A DNA stretch of 64,000 nt from Octopus sinensis. Lineage: Eukaryota. The first letter of the stretch is position 1; each line of letters begins with the position of its first letter. A model generated the notes under the pieces. The model saw nothing but the letters and a program-made list of their open reading frames with translations, ran no database searches and had not been told where the DNA came from. The stretch is taken from positions 35,042,464 through 35,106,463 of the forward strand of contig NC_043011.1 in NCBI RefSeq assembly GCF_006345805.1, written 5' to 3'. Shown one piece after another: positions 37,813-48,569 of this stretch. Position numbers and translations under genes: made by a program.

Positions 37813-40800
37813 ATTAATTAATCAATATAGGGTGGCAAAAAAAAATTTTGTAGAATTCTTTTTGCCACCAGCGGCCTAGTGGGAAAAAATTAAATAGTCA
37901 TAGACCATTTTTAAGTTCAATATCAACAATCAAGGAACGGCCATAATAGGCCATTCACCCACTAGAAATAACAGCCAAGCTTCAACCGCAAATAAAGATT
38001 AATTCCGTAAACAGGAGAAAATTTAAAAAACATTACCCTGTAATTTCTTGTACGATGCACCGTTTCATCTGCTGTTTAATGGTAAACTAACCTGATTAAA
38101 TTAAATCAAGCCAATCTTCCATAGGCCCTCAGATTCTTCAGCAAGAAATAGCCAAGTCGGAACAGATATTTTCACGAGGCATTTCAGACCCTGCCAAGGT
38201 AATATCTGACCTAAAATTTTCAAATCGTCGCACTCGCGCCAAATTTATCGGCAGCAAAATAATATAAGCCGTCGATTCCATTACGGAATTAACCAGAAAA
38301 TTCATAATTAATCAATATAGGGTGGCAAAAAAAAATTTTGTAGAATTCTTTTTGCCACCAGCGGCCTAGTGGGAAAAAATTAAATAGTCATAGACCATTT
38401 TTAAGTTCAACATCAACAATCAGGAACGGCCATAATAGGCCATTCACCCACTAGAAATAACAGCCAAAGCTTCAACGCAAATAAAGATTAATTCCGTAAA
38501 CAGGAGAAAATTTAAAAAACATTTACCCTGTAATTTCTTGTACGATGCACCGTTCATCTGCTGTTTAATGGTAAACTAACCTGATTAAATTAAATCAAGC
38601 CAATCTTCCATAGGCCCTCAGATTCTTCAGCAAGAAATAGCCAAGTCGGAACAGATATTTTCACGAGGCATTTCAGACCCTGCCAAGGTAATATCTGACC
38701 TAAAATTTTCAAATCGTCGCACTCGCGCCAAATTTATCGGCAGCAAATAAATATAAGCCGTCGATTCCATTACGGAATTAACCAGAAAATTCATAATTAA
38801 TCAATATAGGGTGGCAAAAAAAATTTTGTAGAATTCTTTTTGCCACCAGCGGCCTAGTGGGAAAAAATTAAATAGTCATAGACCATTTTTAAGTTCAACA
38901 TCAACAATCAAGGAACGGCCATAATAGGCCATTCACCCACTAGAAATAACAGCCAAAGCTTCAACCGCAAATAAGATTAATTCCGTAAAAGGAGAAAATT
39001 TAAAAAACATTACCTGTAATTTCTTGTACGATGCACCGTTTCATCTGCTGTTTAATGGTAAACTAACCTGATTAAATTAAATCAAGCCAATCTTCCATAG
39101 GCCCTCAGATTCTTCAGCAAGAAATAGCCAAGTCGGAACAGATATTTTCACGAGGCATTTCCGACCCTGCCAAGGTAATATCTGACCTAAAATTTTCAAA
39201 TCGTCGCGCACTCGCGCCAAATTTTCGGCAGCAAATAAATATAAGCCGTCGATTCCATTACGGAATTAACCAGAAAATTCATAATTAATCAATATAGGGT
39301 GGCAAAAAAAAATTTTGTAGAATTTTTTTGCCACCAGCGGCCTAGTGGGAAAAAATTAAATAGTCATAGACCATTTTTAAGTTCAACATCAACAATCAAG
39401 GAACGGCCATAATAGGCCATTCACCCCTAGAATAACAGCCAAAGCTTCAACCGCAAATAAGATTAATTCCGTAAACAGGAGAAAATTTAAAAAACATTTA
39501 CCCTGTAATTTCTTGTACGATGCACCGTTTCATCTGCTGTTTAATGGTAAACTAACCTGATTAAATTAATCAAGCCAATCTTCCATAGGCCCTCAGATTC
39601 TTCAGCAAGAAATAGCCAAGTCGGAACAGATATTTTCACGAGGCATTTCAGACCCTGCCAAGGTAATATCTGACCTAAAATTTTCAAATCGTCGCACTCG
39701 CGCCAAATTTATCGCAGCATAAATATAAGCCGTCGATTCCATTACGGAATTAACCAGAAAATTCATAATTAATCAATATAGGGTGGCAAAAAAAAATTTT
39801 GTAGAATTCTTTTTGCCACCAGCGGCCTAGTGGGAAAAAATTAAATAGTCATAGACCATTTTTAAGTCAACATCAACAATCAAGGAACGGCCATAATAGG
39901 CCATTCACCCACTAGAAATAACAGCCAAAGCTTCAACCGCAAATAAAGATTAATTCCGTAACAGGAGAAAATTTAAAAAACATTTACCCTGTAATTTCTT
40001 GTACGATGCACCGTTTCATCTGCTGTTTAATGGTAAACTAACCTGATTAAATTAAATCAAGCCATCTTCCATAGGCCCTCAGATTCTTCAGCAAGAAATA
40101 GCCAAGTCGGAACAGATATTTTCACGAGGCATTTCAGACCCTGCCAAGGTAATATCTGACCTAAAATTTTCAAATCGTCGCACTCGCGCCAATTTATCGG
40201 CAGCAAATAAATATAAGCCGTCGATTCCATTACGGAATTAACCAGAAAATTCATAATAATCAATATAGGGTGGCAAAAAAAAATTTTGTAGAATTCTTTT
40301 TGCCACCAGCGGCCTAGTGGGAAAAAATTAAATAGTCATAGACCATTTTTAAGTTCAACATCAACAATCAAGGAACGGCCATAATAGGCCATTCACCCAC
40401 TAGAAAAACAGCCAAAGCTTCAACCGCAAATAAAGATTAATCCGTAAAAACAGGAGAAAATTTAAAAAACATTTACCCTGTAATTTCTTGTACGATGCAC
40501 CGTTTCATCTGCTGTTTAATGGTAAACTAACCTGATTAAATTAAATCAAGCCAATCTTCCATAGGCCCTCAGATTCTTCAGCAAGAAATAAGCCAATCGA
40601 ACAGATATTTTCACGAGGCATTTCAGACCCTGCCAAGGTAATATCTGACCTAAAATTTTCAAATCGTCGCACTCGCGCCAAATTTATCGGCAGCAAATAA
40701 ATATAAGCCGTCGATTCCATTACGGAATTAACCAGAAAATTCATAATTAATCAATATAGGGTGGCAAAAAAAAATTTTGTAGAATTCTTTTTGCCACCAG

Positions 40801-41037
40801 CGGCCTAGTGGGAAAAAAATTAAATAGTCATAGACCATTTTTAGTTCAACATCAACAATCAAGAACGGCCATAATAGGCCATTAAACAGCAGATGAAACG
40901 GTGCATTTACAAGAAATTACAGGGTAAATGTTTTTTAGATTTTCCTCCTTGTACGGGAATTAATCTTTATTTGCGGTTGAAGCTTTGGCTGTTATTTCTA
41001 GTGGGTGAATGGCCTATTATGGCCGTTCCTTGATTGT

Positions 41038-41040
<3 letters not shown>
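37813..41040 (-). repeat. Tandem array of about 489-bp hammerhead-containing units (6 full plus partial) with a terminal inversion; retrozyme-like
   Basis: Unit starts recur at about 486-490-bp spacing; inverted partial unit at 40884-41040; (TA)n on both sides. Confidence 0.92.
38043..38149 (-). ncRNA. Type I hammerhead ribozyme (array 1; further copies start at 38533, 39019, 39508, 39994, 40483)
   Basis: Stem I ATTTCTTG/CAAGAAAT, core CTGAAGA, stem II ATCTG/CAGAT, GAAA, stem III ACGGT-GC-ATCGT, GUA cleavage site between 38051 and 38050. Confidence 0.9.
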
Positions 41041-41091
<51 letters not shown>

Positions 41092-41379
41092 GTCTGTATA
41101 TCTATATACATGTATGTGAGTATATATGTACACACACACACACACACACATAATATATATATTGCGTGTGTGTACACATGTGTGTGCATATATAGATGAA
41201 TCAATTTATTGACTTTTGAAATTTCTCTAACCATGCTGTTACAGACAATCCCCCGCTTGGCTGTCTGATCGATTAATTTTCAAATCTAGATAGAATTTAA
41301 ATATGTTTGCTTTAAATTCTATAAATTTTAACCTTAACAGAACAAATAACTCTCCATTAGATAAATAAAACATTAGAAG

Positions 41380-41813
41380 TTGCTGTGTGGTAAGTAGCTT
41401 GCTTACTAACTACATGGTTCCAGGTTCAGTCCCACTGCGTGGCACCTCGGGCAAGTGTCTTCTACTATAGCCTCGGGCCGACCAATGCCTTGTGAGTGGA
41501 TTTGGTAGATGGAAAATGAAAGAAGCCCGTCGTATATATGTATGTAATATATATATAATATATTATATATATATATATAATATATATATATATATATAAT
41601 ATATATATTATTATATATATAGTATATTAATAAATGAAATACATGGTCATATATATAAACATATATGTACGTACCTACCTCTACATGTACATATAACACG
41701 CATATATGTGTACAGGACACCAAAAAGGACGTCGAACACAATGAGAAACGAAAACATAGACACAAACCAAAGGAACTATATATTATATATATATATATAT
41801 TATATATATTGTG

Positions 41814-41873
<60 letters not shown>

Positions 41874-42070
41874 TGTGTCTGTGTTTGTTTCCCCAACATC
41901 GCTTGACAACCGATGCTGGTGTGTTTACATCCCCGTAACTTAGCGGTTCGCCTAAAGAGACCGATAGGATAAGTACTAGGCTTCCAAAGAATAAGTCCTG
42001 GTGTCGATTTGCTCGACTAAAGGCGGTGCTCCAGCATGGCCACAGTCAAATGACTGAATCAAGTTAAAGA
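41380..42070 (+). mobile_element. SINE family A with a nested insertion in its TA tract
   Basis: Head at about 41380, tail ending near 42065; 41630-41790 is a separate repeat also seen at 29150-29330, 45300-45510, 46090-46260 and 52620-52790. Confidence 0.8.
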
Positions 42071-42324
42071 TTAAATTATTGAGTTCAGATTTTAGGACAA
42101 GGCCGGTAATTTCGTGGTGAGGAGATACGTCGTTTACATTGACCCTGGTGTTTAACTGGTACTTGTTCTTTGGGCCCCCGAAAGGACGAAAGGCAAAGCC
42201 TACTTCGGAAGAATTTGAACTCAAAACGTGCAGACGGATGATACGCTGCCAAATTTCTTGCCCGGCGTGCTAACCATTCTGCCAGCTCGCCACGTTAAGA
42301 TTAATTAATATTAATTGGATGTGA

Positions 42325-43380
42325 AGGCGGCGAGCTGGCAGAAACGTTAGCACGCTGGGCGAAATGCTTAGCGGTATTTCGTCTGCCGTTACGTTCTGAG
42401 TTCAAATTCCGCCGAGGGCGACTTTACCTTTCATCCTTTCGGGGTCGATTAAATAAGTACCAGTTACGCATTGGGGTCGATATAATCGACTTAATCCGTT
42501 TGTCTGTCCTTGTTTGTCCTCTCTGTGTTTAGCCCCTTGTGGGTAATAAAGAAATAGGTATTTCATCCGTCACTACGTTCTGAGTTCAAATTCCGCCGAG
42601 GGCGACTTTGCCTTTCATCCTTTAGGGGTCGATTAAATAAGTACCAGTTACGCACTGGGGTCGATATAACCGACTTAATCCTTTTGTCAGTCCTTGTTTG
42701 TCCCCTCTGTGTGTAGCTTCGTGTGGGCAGTAAAGAAAGAAGAATCGTTAGGATGCCGGGCGAAATGCTTAGCAGTATTTCGTCTGCCGTTACGTTCTGA
42801 GTTCAAATTCTGCCGAGGTCGACTTTGCTTTTCATCTTTTCGGGGTCGATAAATTAAGTACCAGTTGTACACTGGGGTCGATGTAATCTGTTTGTCTGCC
42901 CTTGTTTGTCCCCTCTATGTTTAGTCCCTTGTGGGCAATAAAGAAATACGAATCGTTAGCACGCTGGACATAAAGCTAAGCGGTATTTCACCCGTCGCCA
43001 CGTTCTGAGTTCAAATTCCGCCGATGTCGACTTTGCTTTTCATCCATTTGGGGTCGATAAACTAAGCACCAGTTGAACACTGGGGTCGATGTAATCGACT
43101 CATCCTCACCTCTCCCAAGCTATCTTTGTGGCCAAAATTTGAAATAATATTAATTGAATGTAAAGCTGGCGAGCTGGCCGAAGGATTAATATAAGTGTTT
43201 GGCGGCATTTCGTCCGTCTTTACGTCCTGAGTCCAAATATCGCCGAGGTCGACTTTGCCTTGCATCCTTTCGGGGTCAATAAATTTAAGTATGAGATGAA
43301 CTCTGGGATCGATGTAATCGACTTACCCCATTCCCTAAAATTGCTGGCCTTGTGCCAAAATTTGAAACCAGTATTAATTG
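42325..43380 (+). mobile_element. Head-to-tail cluster of about five SINE family B units
   Basis: Repeated gagttcaaattccgccgag...ggggtcgat..ataagtaccag blocks starting near 42325, 42557, 42742, 42950 and 43165. Confidence 0.85.
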
Positions 43381-43405
43381 GATATTGGTGTGGTCATTGG
43401 CATTT

Positions 43406-43505
43406 NNNNNNNNNNNNNNNNNNNNNNNNNNNNNNNNNNNNNNNNNNNNNNNNNNNNNNNNNNNNNNNNNNNNNNNNNNNNNNNNNNNNNNNNNNNNNNN
43501 NNNNN
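43406..43505. other. Assembly gap (100 N)
   Basis: Run of N. Confidence 1.
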
Positions 43506-44769
43506 CTTTTTCCATTTCTAAGTGAAGGGTAAAAAAAATAAAAAGCAACCCTGCAAAACACAACTGATCTTTAAACACAGACGCACATAAGAACAGCAAT
43601 CAAATAACGACAGCGGAGTGCACAACAAACATCAGCGATTTGACTGCCACCTGTACTCTTGACAAGAGATGCCAGTTAGTCTTTGACACCTAGCAGGCTC
43701 ATTCATATTAGCCCGAGTTGCTTGATAATTTTTCGTTCCTTTAAGAATATTGTAGAACGGAAACTTTTCATAGATTGGAATTTAAATCCTAATCTCTATA
43801 GAAATTTATTGTTTCAAGAAAACATTGAATTTGAATTACTTTTAATTTTTACGATTACAGATAACAACTCGGGCAGTAACCTCTGAGCTCGAGTCAGGCG
43901 CGTATGAACGATGTCAAGAGAACGTCTGCTTCGTGTGATATTTTTTGAAAGAGGGCACCTCTAAGACGACCTCCAGACGTTGAACGAAAATAAATGAACT
44001 GCGACCAGGCTCAATAAAAGGAGCTCAAGTTACTGGTTGAAATTACATACTTGAAGAGAGTGGTGGCAGAAATTAAATCAGCTTGCAAATACACATTCAC
44101 TTTATTAAATTTATACTCGGGCTAAGCACGAACAGCCCGAGTGCTGGAGTCACCACATATATATATATAGTTGATTGCCTCGTGTTTTATATATTTAAAC
44201 TAAGGTGTACCTGCTGATGAAGATTTCACCGAGCATAAGGTTATTGAATACAAGTATGGATGTCATCGTTTATCTATGTGTGTGTGTGTGTGTGTGCGCG
44301 CGCGCGTTTATAGATCGTTACTGCTTCAGTTGCTTTATCAGTGCGTGTGTATCTATATCAGTAAAAGGTTATCGAATATTTCCATAACGACACATACATG
44401 TATAAGCATGGCTTTTCATAGCCCATTTCAATTTATGCATAATAGTTTGTGCGTGGTGTGTGTGTGTGTGTGTGTGTGTAGATGATTACTGTCTAAGTTG
44501 ATTCATGTGTGGGTGTGTATGAATGTTAGTAACGTGTCATGAAATCAAATCAGTTTGTTAATATACATATAGTCTCTTATAGTCTATTAATATTCTTATA
44601 TTATATATGTTTTGTAATTTAGATTGGTTGTGAAGTGATACATTTATAAGCAATGTTAATTAATGAATCAATTTATATCCATTGAATCTCTCTATTTTCA
44701 AACTTATTAGCCACACACACACACACACACACACACACACCACACACACACCACACAGATATATGTATA

Positions 44770-44800
<31 letters not shown>

Positions 44801-44801
44801 G

Positions 44802-44832
<31 letters not shown>

Positions 44833-46675
44833 ATTTGTATATATATATATATCAGTATATATCTGCATGTATGTATGTATGTATGTATGTATGTATGTAT
44901 GTATGTATGTATGTATACATATATATATATATGTACATTTCTTACGGCCGTTTCCGATTCCAATCTTAGTCGGTGCTTATGAAAGAAATTCCGAAACTAA
45001 TATTCATCATCTCCATAGCATATTTGATCTAGTACACGGAGCTTCATCAGAGTGAAACGGAAACGGCCGTAAGAAAGGTCTTGAATTGAAACAGCTGTAA
45101 GGGATGTTTGACAATTTTTTAATTATTAAATGATTATTTATTATCTCTCTATTTTCCTATCTTATGATAAATAAATATATATATATAAACCATGGTTTAT
45201 ATAGTTACCTTGCAGTTGAGTATTAACTGTAATTTTCAACATTCTTTGTATAGGTAACTAACCAGTACATTCATAGGATTTTGCTGTCCCTGAATGAGGT
45301 TTTTAACCTCATTATTCATATATATATATGTTGTCCCCCACCCAAAGTTCGTTTCTATGTTTTTGTTTTTAGGTTTTTGTTTCTCATTGTGTTCAGCATT
45401 TTTTTTATGTCCTGTACCCATATATGCATGTATATATACATATATATGTAGGCATGTACATAAATGTATGTATATATGTATATATCTATATATTATTTAT
45501 ATTATTGTATGATCGAACGCCACGCATCCTTTTCCAAGTAAGTTTTATCTAAATAATTAAGATGCGCGCACTCTTCTATCTCTACTATCTCTCATCTGTC
45601 TATATATATCTCTCTCTCTTGTTCTTCATCCTTTCTAGTTTTCTCTTCTACCCTTCCCTATTCTTCTCTTCTCCTCTTCACCGTTCCCTCTCTCTCACTC
45701 CTCTACCTCGACTCTCTCATCGCTGACACGTAACGAAAGAGAATCTATCTTTCTGCTCGCTACCTTCCTAAAGACAAAGCGTGCTTATACCTGTCTCCTC
45801 TAATAAGCTCGTCTTCCTAGCGTTCATAATAATTTTTCTATCGTCTTGGCTTAACAACCCTCACTGTTTGTTTTTACAGTTTTGTTCTTACTGTCCTGTT
45901 CTTGTTACCAGTTTAACTCTCCGGAAAAAATCCCAAATTTTATTTAATTTGCTTTGCAGGAAAGTCTGTTTCAACGAAGTCGCGTATTGTCCTTGCCGTC
46001 GTAACGCGGAGTACATGAAACAGGGACAACTGATGAAGGGGAATATTCTTTATGTTGCATGTCTCGTTTCTCTGTTTTTTTCATTGTTCCCCCCAAAAGT
46101 TCGTTTCTATATTTTTGTTTTTATGTTTTCGTTTCTCATTGTGTTCAACGTTTTTTTTTATGTTCTGTACCCAAATATGCACGCATATAATAATATATGT
46201 AGATATGTACATATACTTATGTATTTATGCATATATTTATATATTATTTATATTATTATATATGGCCGTCTCTCAGCTTCCATCGACCAAATTCACTCAC
46301 TAATCTTTAGTTGGCCCGGAGATATAGTAGATGATATTTTCACAAGGTGCCACGCAATGGGATTGAACCCGGAACCATGGTACTGGGAAGCAAACCTTTT
46401 AACACAGAGCCACGCGGGAGGATTTTTTTTTTACCTATGCTTAGTGTTTGGGGCCCAATTTTAGAGTCAAAATGAAAGTCCGTGTTGAAGACGCACATTT
46501 AAAGGTTAATATTCACGATTAGGCAGTGGCGATATTATCGATAACATTCAATATAATGGTTCCGGCTTCAGTCCCTCTGCGTGGCACCTTCGGCAAGTGT
46601 CTTCTGCTATAAGCCTCGGGCCGACCAAAGTCTTGTGAGTGAATTTGGTAGACTGAAACTGAAAGTAGCCTATCC

Positions 46676-46763
<88 letters not shown>

Positions 46764-47049
46764 GTGTGCGTGTGTGGTGTGTGTCTTTGTATCTGTGTGT
46801 GTCTTTGTATCTGTGTGTGTTCTTCATCATTGCATGGCAACCGATGTTAGTGTGTTTACGTCCCGTAACTTAGCGGTTCGGCAAATGTGTTCGATAAAAT
46901 AAGTACAAGATTAACAAAAAAAAAAAGTAATAATAAGTACTGGGGTCGATTCATACGACTACAATATTTTTCAAGGGGGTGCCCCAGTATAACTACAGTC
47001 TAATGACTGAAAGAAGTAAAAAATAGAAAAAAAAGATGAAAGAAAAAGT

Positions 47050-47520
47050 TTAGGCTGCAGGGAAAGACCAATAGTTTAGGGGCCAGCTTAGAAGTTAATA
47101 ATTAAGGAATAAGTTCAGGGTCTCGATTTAAGGTTAATAGTTAATGATTAAAGTTTAGGGTCCAGTTTAGAGGTTAATAATTAAGGATAATATTTAGGGA
47201 TCTAGTCAGAGGTAGGATAATAGTTAAGGATAAAATTCAGGGTCTAGATTAAAGGTTAATAGTTAATGATAAAGATTAGGGTCCAGTTTAGAGGTAATAG
47301 TTAAGGATGAAGTGTAGGGTCCAGTTTAAAGGTTAATAATTAAGGATAATATTTTGGGTCTATCCAGAGGTAGGCTAATAGATAGAGATAAAATTTAAGG
47401 GTCAGGCTTGAGGTTAACAGTCAAGAATAATGTTTAGGGTCCAAGTAAATGGTTTATTGTTAAGGATTATGTTATGGTAAGAGCTTGGACCTGGGGAATA
47501 GGATTAAACTTGTGCTAATC
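47050..47520 (+). repeat. Degenerate tandem repeat of about 42 bp (ttagggtccagtttagaggttaata.ttaaggataa)
   Basis: Read directly; a reverse-complement array lies at about 55920-56330. Confidence 0.75.
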
Positions 47521-48503
47521 TTTATGGTTTGAATGTTTAGTGTTTCAAAGCAACTGTAGTTCGCCAAAGTTGCAAAATATATTCAGGAAAAATCAAAGGT
47601 ATATTGGTGTATGTGCATGTGTATATATGTGTGTATATAAGTACGAACACATACATAAATACTACACGCATGTAAAGAAAGGGGGGAGAGAGAAAGAGAG
47701 GGAGCAAGAGAGAAAGGGAGAGAGAGGGGGAGAAAGAGGAGGATATATAGATAGAGAGAGAAAGAAAAAGAAAACGAGAGAAGCCGGGATGAGGAGACAG
47801 AGTGAGAGAGAGAGAGAGAGAGAGGAGAGAGAAAGAAAGAAAGGAAGGAAGCAAGAGGGGAGGGAGAGAAGGGGATGTATAAACAGAGAGGGAAATGAAA
47901 AGAAAAAGAGGGAAGCCGAGAGTGAGGAGAGTGGGAGAGAGAGAAAGAGAGAAAGAGCAAGAGGAGGAGAGAGAAATAAAGAAAGAAAGGGAGCTAGAGA
48001 GAGAGAGAAAAAAGGGGAGCTATAGATAGAGAGGGAGCGGAAAAGAAAAAGAGAGAACTGGGAGTGAGGAGAGAGAGATAGAGAGAGAAAAAGAGAGGGA
48101 GAGAGAGGAAGAAAGAATGAGAGTGAGGTGAGAGCAAGAAGGGAAGCTTGGTCTATCAAGTGGAACAATGTGTCCGGAATATGGACGAATTTAGGAAGCG
48201 ATAGTAACTGGACTGGAAAGTCACCCGAGGATCTAGAAATAGAGCGACGGAACGAGAAGCGTCAACCGCGAATTCGAGGAACAATCACGAATATAGGTGT
48301 ATGTGTGTGTGTGTGTGTGTTGTGTCTTCCAACGGCTTAGTGATTCTGTCAATTCGCTGGCTTTAAACAATTATGTTTAGGTCAGTGCATACATACATAC
48401 ATACATACATGTACATAGTGTGTGTGTGTGTGTGTTTGTGTATATATGTATGTATATATAGATATGTAGTTATATACTGTATATATATATATATATATAT
48501 ATA

Positions 48504-48557
<54 letters not shown>

Positions 48558-48569
48558 TATAATATAAAA

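Noticed and set aside
37830-37880. Hairpin followed by CTAGT in both arrays read as Helitron 3' ends (rolling-circle tandem Helitrons)
   Set aside because: The junction reads CTAG-TG rather than CTAG-TC, the hammerheads are on the opposite strand, and array ends fall on the other side of the hairpin; a retrozyme reading explains more.
44205-44400. CTGATGAAGAT... possible hammerhead
   Set aside because: GAAA is replaced by GAAT and stem I cannot be formed in this copy.
45078-45300. GAAACAGCTGTA plus a downstream tccctgaatgagg as a permuted hammerhead
   Set aside because: Core is not CUGANGA and the halves are in the wrong order for a single copy; too degenerate to support.
48128-48300. Possible RTE-like RT C-terminal remnant (KWNN..G...DSNWT.K)
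   Set aside because: Similarity is too weak to call without a profile search.
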